Below are positions 49,101-61,100 of a DNA stretch of 64,000 bases, piece after piece. A program made the translations under genes and the position numbers. The notes under the pieces were generated by a model. That model ran no database searches. It worked only from the letters and a program-made list of their open reading frames with translations, and was not told the DNA's origin. Source of the DNA: Eledone cirrhosa (Eukaryota); contig OZ024744.1 of assembly GCA_964016885.1 (NCBI GenBank), forward strand, positions 119,288,001 to 119,352,000, read 5' to 3'. Position 1 is the stretch's first letter; the number at the start of each line of letters is the position of its first letter.

Positions 49101-52100
49101 GGTACATTTTGTTGTGACACCTACTTGACCACTTTACAGTGTGTACTAGGTACTTGTTGTTGTGACACCTACATGACCACTTTACAGTGTGTACTGGGTA
49201 CTTTTTGTTGTGACACCTACATGACCACTTTACAGTGTGTACTGGGTACTTTTTGTCATGACACCTACATGACCACTTTACAGTGTGTACTGGGTAGTTT
49301 TTGTTGTGACACCTACTTGACCACTTTACTGTGTGTACTGGGTACGTTTTGTCGTGACACCTACATGACCAACTTACAGTGTGTAATGAGTACTTTTCGT
49401 TTTGACACCTACATGCCCACTTAACAGTGTGTACTGAGTACTTTTTGTTGTGACACCTACATGAGCACTTTACAGTGTGTACTGGGTAATTTTTGTTGTG
49501 ACACCTACAAGACCACTTTACAGTGTGTACTAGGTACTTGTTGTTGTGACACCTACATGACCACTTTACAGTGTGTACTGGGTACTTTTTGGTGTGACAC
49601 CTACGTGACCACTTTACAGCGTGTACTGGGTACTTTTTGGTGTGACACCTACATGACCACTTTACAGTGTATACTGAGTGCTTTTTTTCATGACACCTAC
49701 ATGACCACTTTACAATGTGTACTGGGTACTTTTTGTGACACCTACATGACCACTTTACAGTGTGACAAGGTACTTGTTGTTGTGACACCTACATGCCCAC
49801 TTTACAGTGTGTACTGGGTACTGTTTGCCATGACACCTACATGCCCACTTTACAGTGTGTACTGGGTACTTTTTGTTGTGACACCTACATGACAGCTTTA
49901 CAGTGTGTACTGGGTACTTTTTGTCATGACACCTACATGAACACTTTACAGTGTGTACTAGGTACTTGATGTTGTGACACCTACATGACCACTTTACAGT
50001 GTGTACTGGGTACTTTTTGGTGTGACACCTACATGACTACTTTACAGTGTGTACTTGGCACTTTGTGTCATGACATCTACATGACCACTTTACAGTGTGT
50101 ACTGGGTACTTTTTGTCAAGACAACTACATGACCACTTTACAGTCTATACTGGGTACTTTTTGTTGTGACACCTACATGACCACTTTACAGTGTGGACTG
50201 GGTACTTTTTGTCATGACACCTACATGACCACTTTACAGTGTGTACTAGGTACTCGATGTTGTGACACCTACATGACCACTTTACAGTGGACTGGGTACT
50301 TTTTGTTGTGACACCTACATGCCCAATTTACGGTGTGTACTGGGTACTTTTTGTTGTGACTCCTATATGACCACTTTACAGTGTTTACTGGGTACTTTTT
50401 GTTGTGACTCCTACATGACCACTTTACAGTGTGTACTGGATACTTTTTTGTCAAGACAACTACATGACCACTTTACAGTGTGTACTGGGTACTTATTGTT
50501 GTGACACCTACATGACCACTTTACAGTGTGTACTAGGTACTTGTTGTTGTGACACCTACATGACCACTTTACAGTGTGTACTGTGTACTTTTTGTTGTGA
50601 CACCTACATGACCACTTTACAGTGTGTACTGAGTACCTGTTGCTGTGACACCTACATGACTACTTTACAATGTGTACTGGGTACTTTTTGTCATGACACC
50701 TACATGACCACCTTACAGTGTGTACTGGGTACTTTTTGGTGTGACACCTACATGACCACTTTACAGTGTGTACTGGGTACTTTTTGGTGTCACACCTACA
50801 TGACCACTTTACAGTGTGTACTGGGTACCTTTTGTTGTGACATCTACATGACCACTTTACAGTGTTTTACTGGGTACTTTTTGTTGTGACACCTACATGA
50901 CCACTTTACAGTGTTTTACTGGGTACTTTTTGTTGTGACACCTACATGACCACTTTACAGTGTGTACTGATTACGTTTTGTCATGACACCTACATGACCA
51001 CTTTACAGTGTGTACTGGGTACTTTTTGTTGTGACACCTACATGACCACTTTACAGTGTTTTACTGGGTACTTTTTGTTGTGACACCTACATGACCACTT
51101 TACAGTGTGTACTGGTTACGTTTTGTCATGACACCTACATGACCACTTTACAGTGTGTACTGGTTACGTTTTGTCATGACACCTACATGACCACTTTACA
51201 GTGTGTACTGGGTACTTTTTGGTGTGACACCTACATGACCACTTTACAGTGTGTACTGGGTACTTTTTGTTGTGACACCTACATGACCACTTTACAGTGT
51301 GTACTGGGTACTTTTTGGTCTGACACCTACATGACCACTTTACAGTGTGTACTGAGTGATTTTTTTCATGACACCTACATGACCACTTTACAGTGTGTAC
51401 GGGGTAACTTTTGTTGTGACACCTACATAACGACTTTACAGTGAGACTAGGTACTTGTTGTTGTGACACCTACATGCCCACTTTACAGTGTGTGCTGGGT
51501 ACTTTTTGTCATGACACCTACATGACCACTTTACAGTGTGTATTGGGAACATTTTGTCGTGACACCTACATGACCACTTTATAGTGTGTACGGGGTACTT
51601 TTTGTCATGACACCTACATGACCACTTTACAGTGTAAACTAGGTACTTGTTGTTGTGACACATACATGACCACTTTACGGTGTGTACTGGGTACTTTTTG
51701 TCATGACACCTACGTGACCACTTTACAATGTGTACTGGGTACTTTTTGTGACACCTACATGACCACTTTACAGTGTGACTAGGTACTTGTTGTTGTGACA
51801 CCTACATGCCCACTTTACAGTGTGTACTGGGTACTTTTTGTCATGACACCTACATGCCCACTTTACAGTGTGTACTGGGTACTTTTTGTTGTGACACCTA
51901 CATGACAGCTTTACAGTGTGTACTGGGTACTTTTTGTCATGACACCTACATGAACACTTTACAGTGTGTACTAGGTACTTGATATTGTGACACCTACATG
52001 ACCACTTTACAGTGTGTACTGGGTACTTTTTGGTGTGACACCTACATGACTACTTTACAGTGTGTACTTGGCACTTTGTGTCATGACACCTACATGACCA

Positions 52101-55100
52101 CTTTACAGTCTGTACTGGGTACTTTTTGTCAAGACAACTACATGACCACTTTACAGTGTGTACTGGGTACATTTTGTTGTGACACCTACATGACCACTTT
52201 ACAGTGTGGACTGGGTACTTTTTGTCATGACACCTACATGACCACTTTACAGTGTGTACTAGGTACTCGATGTTGTGACACCTACATGACCACTTTACAG
52301 TGGACTGGGTACTTTTTGTTGTGACACCTACATGCCCAATTTACGGTGTGTACTGGGTACTTTTTGTTGTGACTCCTATATGACCACTTTACAGTGTTTA
52401 CTGGGTACATTTTGTTGTGACTCCTACATGACCACTTTACAGTGTGTACTGGATACATTTTTGTCAAGACATCTACATGACCACTTTACAGTGTGTACTA
52501 GGTACTTGTTGTTGTGACACCTACTTGACCACTTTACAGTGTGTACTGGGTACATTTTGTTGTGACACCAACTTGACCACTTTACAGTGTGTACTAGGTA
52601 CTTGTTGTTGTGACACCTACATGACCACTTTACAGTGTGTACTGGGTACTTTTTGTTGTGACACGTACATGACCACTTTAGAGTGTGTACTGAGTACCTG
52701 TTGCTGTGACACCTACATGACTACTTTACAGTGTGTACTGGGTACTTTTTGTCATGACACCTACATGACCACTTTACAGTGTGTACTGGGTAGTTTTTGT
52801 TGTGACACCTACTTGACCACTTTACTGTGTGTACTGGGTACGTTTTGTCGTGACACCTACATGACCAACTTACAGTGTGTAATGAGTACTTTTCGTTTTG
52901 ACACCTACATGCCCACTTAACAGTGTGTACTGAGTACTTTTTGTTGTGACACCTACATGAGCACTTTACAGTGTCTACTGGGTAATTTTTGTTGTGACAC
53001 CTACATGACCACTTTACAGTGTGTACTAGCTACTTGTTGTTGTGACACCTACATGACCACTTTACAGTGTGTACTGGGTACTTTTTGGTGTGACACCTAC
53101 GTGACCACTTTACAGCGTGTACTGGGTACTTTTTGGTGTGACACCTACATGACCACTTTACAGTGTATACTGAGTACTTTTTTTCATGTCACCTACATGA
53201 CCACTTTACAATGTGTACTGGGTACGTTTTGGTGTGACACCTACATGACTACTTTACAGTGTGTACTTGGCACTTTGTGTCATGACACCTACATGACCAC
53301 TTTACAGTGTGTACTAGGTACTTCTTGTTGTGACACCTACCTGACCACTTTACAGTGTGTACTGGCTACTATTTGTCATGACACCTACGTGACCACTTTA
53401 CAACGTGTACTGGGTACTTTTTGTGACACCTACATGACCACTTTACAGTGTGACTAGGTACTTGTTGTTGTGACACCTACATGCCCACTTTACAGTGTGT
53501 ACTGCGTACTTTTTGTCATGAGACCTACATGCCCACTTTACAGTGTGTACAGGGTACTTTTTGTGGTGACACCTACATGACAGCTTTACAGTGTGTACTG
53601 GGTACTTTTTGTCATGACACCTACATGACCACTTTACAGTGTGTACTGGGTACTTTTTGGTGTGACACCTACATGACTACTTTACAGTGTGTACTTGGCA
53701 CTTTGTGTCATGACACCTACATGACCACTTTACAGTGTGTACTGGGTACTTTTTGTCAAGACAACTACATGACCACTTTACAGTGTATACTGGGTAATTT
53801 TTGTTGTGACACCTACATGACCACTTTACAGTGTGGACTGGGTACTTTTTGTCATGACACCTACATGACCACTTTACAGTGTGTACTAGGTACTCGATGT
53901 TGTGACACCTACATGACTACTTTACAGTGGACTGGGTACTTTTTGTTGTGACACCTACATGCCCAATTTACGGTGTGTGCTGGGTACTTTTTGTTGTGAC
54001 TCCTATATGACCACTTTACAGTGTTTACTGGGTACTTTTTGTTGTGACTCCTACATGACCACTTTACAGTGTGTACTGGATACTTTTTTGTCAAGACAAC
54101 TACATGACCACTTTACAGTGTGTACTGGGTACTTATTGTTGTGACACCTACATGACCACTTTACAGTGTGTACTAGGTACTTGTTGTTGTGACACCTACT
54201 TGACCACTTTACAGTGTGTACTGGGTACATTTTGTTGTGACACCTACTTGACCACTTTACAGTGTGTACTATGTACTTGTTGTTGTGACACCTACATGAC
54301 CACTTTACAGTGTGTAATGTGTACTTTTTGTTGTGATACCTACATGACCACTTTACAGTGTGTACTGAGTACCTGTTGCTGTGACACCTACATGACTACT
54401 TTACAGTGTGTACTGGGTACTTTTTGTAATGACACCTACATGACCACTTTACAGTGTGTACTGGGTAGTTTTTGTTGTGACACCTACTTGACCACTTTAC
54501 TGTGTGTACTGGGTACTTTTTGTCGTGACACCTACATGACCAACTTACAGTGTGTAATGAGTACTTTTTGTTGTGACACCTACATGCCCACTTTACAGTG
54601 TGTACTGAGTACTTTTTGTTGTGACACCTACATGAGCATTTTACAGTGTGTACTGGGTAATTTTTGTTGTGACACCTACATGACCACTTTACAGTGTATA
54701 CTGAGTACTTTTTTTCATGTCACCTACATGACCACTTTACAATGTGTACTGGGTACGTTTTGGTGTGACACCTACATGACTACTTTACAGTGTGTACTTG
54801 GCACTTTGTGTCATGACACCTACATGACCACTTTACAGTGTGTACTAGGTACTTCTTGTTGTGACACCTACCTGACCACTTTACAGTGTGTACTGGCTAC
54901 TTTTTGTCATGACACCTACGTGACCACTTTACAACGTGTACTGGGTACTTTTTGTGACACCTACATGACCACTTTACAGTGTGACTAGGTACTTGTTGTT
55001 GTGACACCTACATGCCCACTTTACAGTGTGTACTGGGTACTTTTTGTCATGAGACCTACATGCCCACTTTACAGTGTGTACAGGGTACTTTTTGTGGTGA

Positions 55101-58100
55101 CACCTACATTACAGCTTTACAGTGTGTACTGGGTACTTTTTGTCATGATACCTACATGAACACTTTACAGTGTGTACTAGGTACTTGATGTTGTGACACC
55201 TACATGACCACTTTACAGTGTGTACTGGGTACTTTTTGGTGTGACACCTACATGACTACTTTACAGTGTGTACTTGGCACTTTGTGTCATGACACCTACA
55301 TGACCACTTTACACTGTGTACTGGGTACTTTTTGTCAAGACAACTACATGACCACTTTACAGTGTATACTGGGTAATTTTTGTTGTGACACCTACATGAC
55401 CACTTTACAGTGTGGACTGGGTACTTTTTGTCATGACACCTACATGACCACTTTACAGTGTGTACTAGGTACTCGATGTTGTGACACCTACATGACCACT
55501 TTACAGTGGACTGGGTACTTTTTGTTGTGACACGTACATGCCCAATTTACGGTGTGTGCTGGGTACTTTTTGTTGTGACTCCTATATGACCACTTTACAG
55601 TGTTTACTGGGTACTTTTTGTTGTGACTCCTACATGACCACTTTACAGTGTGTACTGGATACTTTTTTGTCAAGACAACTACATGACCACTTTACAGTGT
55701 GTACTGGGTACTTATTGTTGTGACACCTACATGACCACTTTACAGTGTGTACTAGGTACTTGTTGTTGTGACACCTACTTGACCACTTTACAGTGTGTAC
55801 TGGGTACATTTTGTAGTGACACCTACTTGACCACTTTACAGTGTGTACTATGTACTTGTTGTTGTGACACCTACATGACCACTTTACAGTGTGTAATGTC
55901 TACTTTTTGTTGTGATACCTACATGACCACTTTACAGTGTGTACTGAGTACCTGTTGCTGTGACACCTACATGACTACTTTACAGTGTGTACTGGGTACT
56001 TTTTGTAATGACACCTACATGACCACTTTACAGTGTGTACTGGGTAGTTTTTGTTGTGACACCTACTTGACCACTTTACTGTGTGTACTGGGTACTTTTT
56101 GTCGTGACACCTACATGACCAACTTACAGTGTGTAATGAGTACTTTTTGTTGTGACACCTACATGCCCACTTTACAGTGTGTACTGAGTACTTTTTGTTG
56201 TGACACCTACATGAGCACTTTACAGTGTGTACTGGGTAATTTTTGTTGTGACACCTACATGACCACTTTACAGTGTATACTGAGTACTTTTTTTCATGTC
56301 ACCTACATGACCACTTTACAATGTGTACTGGGTACCTTTTGGTGTGACACCTACATGACTACTTTACAGTGTGTACTTGGCACTTTGTGTCATGACACCT
56401 ACATGACCACTTTACAGTGTGTACTAGGTACTTCTTGTTGTGACACCTACCTGACCACTTTACAGTGTGTACTGGCTACTTTTTGTCATGACACCTACGT
56501 GACCACTTTACAACGTGTACTGGGTACTTTTTGTGACACCTACATGACCACTTTACAGTGTGACTAGGTACTTGTTGTTGTGACACCTACATGCCCACTT
56601 TACAGTGTGTACTGGGTACTTTTTGTCATGAGACCTACATGCCCACTTTACAGTGTGTACAGGGTACTTTTTGTGGTGACACCTACATGACAGCTTTACA
56701 GTGTGTACTGGGTACTTTTTGTCATGACACCTACATGAACACTTTACAGTGTGTACTAGGTACTTGATGTTGTGACACCTACATGACCACTTTACAGTGT
56801 GTACTGGGTACTTTTTGGTGTGACACCTACATGACTACTTTACAGTGTGTACTTGGCACTTTGTGTCATGACACCTACATGACCACTTTACAGTGTGTAC
56901 TGGGTACTTTTTGTCAAGACAACTACATGACCACTTTACAGTGTATACTGGGTAATTTTTGTTGTGACACCTACATGACCACTTTACAGTGTGGACTGGG
57001 TACTTTTTGTCATGACACCTACATGACCACTTTACAGTGTGTACTAGGTACTCGATGTTGTGACACCTACATGACCACTTTACAGTGGACTGGGTACTTT
57101 TTGTTGTGACACCTACATGCCCAATTTACGGTGTGTGCTGGGTACTTTTTGTTGTGACTCCTATATGACCACTTTACAGTGTTTACTGGGTACTTTTTGT
57201 TGTGACTCCTACATGACCACTTTACAGTGTGTACTGGATACTTTTTTGTCAAGACAACTACATGACCACTTTACAGTGTGTACTGGGTACTTTTTGTTGT
57301 GACACCTACATGACCACTTTACAGTGTGTACTGGGTACTTATTGTTGTGACACCTACATGACCACTTTACAGTGTGTACTAGGTACTTGTTGTTGTGACA
57401 CCTACTTGACCACTTTACAGTGTGTACTGGGTACATTTTGTTGTGACACCTACTTGACCACTTTACAGTGTGTACTATGTACTTGTTGTTGTGACACCTA
57501 CATGACCACTTTACAGTGTGTAATGTGTACTTTTTGTTGTGATACCTACATGACCACTTTACAGTGTGTACTGAGTACCTGTTGCTGTGACACCTACATG
57601 ACTACTTTACAGTGTGTACTGGGTACTTTTTGTCATGACACCTACATGACCACTTTACAGTGTGTACTGGGTAGTTTTTGTTGTGACACCTACTTGACCA
57701 CTTTACTGTGTGTACTGGGTACTTTTTGTCGTGACACCTACATGACCAACTTACAGTGTGTAATGAGTACTTTTTGTTGTGACACCTACATGCCCACTTT
57801 ACAGTGTGTACTGAGTACTTTTTGTTGTGACACCTACATGAGCACTTTACAGTGTGTACTGGGTAATTTTTGTTGTGACACCTACATGACCACTTTACAG
57901 TGTATACTGAGTACTTTTTTTCATGTCACCTACATGACCACTTTACAATGTGTACTGGGTACGTTTTGGTGTGACACCTACATGACTACTTTACAGTGTG
58001 TACTTGGCACTTTGTGTCATGACACCTACATGACCACTTTACAGTGTGTACTAGGTACTTCTTGTTGTGACACCTACCTGACCACTTTACAGTGTGTACT

Positions 58101-61100
58101 GGCTACTTTTTGTCATGACACCTACGTGACCACTTTACAACGTGTACTGGGTACTTTTTGTGACACCTACATGACCACTTTACAGTGTGACTAGGTACTT
58201 GTTGTTGTGACACCTACATGCCCACTTTACAGTGTGTACTGGGTACTTTTTGTCATGAGACCTACATGCCCACTTTACAGTGTGTACAGGGTACTTTTTG
58301 TGGTGACACCTACATGACAGCTTTACAGTGTGTACTGGGTACTTTTTGTCATGACACCTACATGAACACTTTACAGTGTGTACTGGGTACTTGATGTTGT
58401 GACACCTACATGACCACTTTACAGTGTGTACTGGGTACTTTTTGGTGTGACACCTACATGACTACTTTACAGTGTGTACTTGGCACTTTGTGTCATGACA
58501 CCTACATGACCACTTTACAGTGTGTACTGGGTACTTTTTGTCAAGACAACTACATGACCACTTTACAGTGTATACTGGGTAATTTTTGTTGTGACACCTA
58601 CATGACCACTTTACAGTGTGGACTGGGTACTTTTTGTCATGACACCTACATGACCACTTTACAGTGTGTACTAGGTACTCGATGTTGTGACACCTACATG
58701 ACCACTTTACAGTGGACTGGGTACTTTTTGTTGTGACACCTACATGCCCAATTTACGGTGTGTGCTGGGTACTTTTTGTTGTGACTCCTATATGACCACT
58801 TTACAGTGTTTACTGGGTACTTTTTGTTGTGACTCCTACATGACCACTTTACAGTGTGTACTGGATACTTTTTTGTCAAGACAACTACATGACCACTTTA
58901 CAGTGTGTACTGGGTACTTATTGTTGTGACACCTACATGACTACTTTACAGTGTGTACTAGGTACTTGTTGTTGTGACACCTACTTGACCACTTTACAGT
59001 GTGCACTGGGTACATTTTGTTGTGACACCTACTTGACCACTTTACAGTGTGTACTATGTACTTGTTGTTGTGACACCTACATGACCACTTTACAGTGTGT
59101 AATGTGTACTTTTTGTTGTGATACCTACATGACCACTTTACAGTGTGTACTGAGTACCTGTTGCTGTGACACCTACATGACTACTTTACAGTGTGTACTG
59201 GGTACTTTTTGTCATGACACCTACATGACCACTTTACAGTGTGTACTGGGTAGTTTTTGTTGTGACACCTACTTGACCACTTTACTGTGTGTACTGGGTA
59301 CTTTTTGTCGTGACACCTACATGACCAACTTACAGTGTGTAATGAGTACTTTTTGTTGTGACACCTACATGCCCACTTTACAGTGTGTACTGAGTACTTT
59401 TTGTTGTGACACCTACATGAGCACTTTACAGTGTGTACTGGGTAATTTTTGTTGTGACACCTACATGACCACTTTACAGTGTGTACTGGCTACTTTTTGT
59501 CATGACACCTACGTGACCACTTTACAATGTGTACTGGGTACTTTTTGTGACACCTACATGACCACTTTACAGTGTGACTAGATACTTGTTGTTGTGACAC
59601 CTACATGACCACTTTACAGTGTGTACTGGGTACTTTTTGTCATGACACCTACATGAGCACTTTACAGTGTGTTCTGAGTAATTTTTTTCATGACACCTAC
59701 ATGACCACTTTACGGTGTGTACTGGGTACTTTTTGTTGTGACTCCTACATGACCACTTTATAGTGTGTACTAGGTACTTGTTGTTGTGACACCTACATGA
59801 CCACTTTACAGTGTGTACTGGATACTTTTTGTTGTGACACCTTCATGACCACTTTACAGTGTGTACTAGGTACTTGTTGTTGTGACAACTACATGACTAC
59901 TTTACAGTGTGTACTGGGTACATTTTGTCATGACACCTACATGACCACTTTAGAGTATGTACAGAGTACCTGTTGCTGTGAAACCTACATGACCACTTTA
60001 CAGTGTGTACTGGGTAGTTTTTGTTGTGACACCTAGTTGACCACTTTACTGTGTGTACTGGGTACTTTTTGTCGTGACACCTACATGACAAACTTACAGT
60101 GTGTAATGAGTACTTTTTGTTGTGACACCTACATGCCCACTTTACAGTGTATACTGAGTACTTTTTTTCATGTCACCTACATGACCACTTTACAATGTGT
60201 ACTGGGTACGTTTTGGTGTGACACCTACATGACTACTTTACAGTGTGTACTTGGCACTTTGTGTCATGACACCTACATGACCACTTTACAGTGTGTACTA
60301 GGTACTTCTTGTTGTGACACCTACCTGACCACTTTACAGTGTGTACTGGCTACTTTTTGTGATGACACCTACGTGACCACTTTACAACGTGTACTGGGTA
60401 CTTTTTGTGACACCTACATGACCACTTTACAGTGTGACTAGGTACTTGTTGTTGTGACACCTACATGCCCACTTTACAGTGTGTACTGGGTACTTTGTGT
60501 CATGACACCTACATGACCACTTTACAGTGTGTACTAGGTACTTCTTGTTGTGACACCTACCTGACCACTTTACAGTGTGTACTGGCTACTTTTTGTCATG
60601 ACACCTACGTGACCACTTTACAACGTGTACTGGGTACTTTTTGTGACACCTACATGACCACTTTACAGTGTGACTAGGTACTTGTTGTTGTGACACCTAC
60701 ATGCCCACTTTACAGTGTGTACTGGGTACTTTTTGTCATGAGACCTACATGCCCACTTTACAGTGTGTACAGGGTACTTTTTGTGGTGACACCTACATGA
60801 CAGCTTTACAGTGTGTACTGGGTACTTTTTGTCATGACACCTACATGAACACTTTACAGTGTGTACTAGGTACTTGATGTTGTGACACCTACATGACCAC
60901 TTTACAGTGTGTACTGGGTACTTTTTGGTGTGACACCTACATGACTACTTTACAGTGTGTACTTGGCACTTTGTGTCATGACACCTACATGACCACTTTA
61001 CAGTGTGTACTGGGTACTTTTTGTCAAGACAACTACATGACCACTTTACAGTGTATACTGGGTAATTTTTGTTGTGACACCTACATGACCACTTTACAGT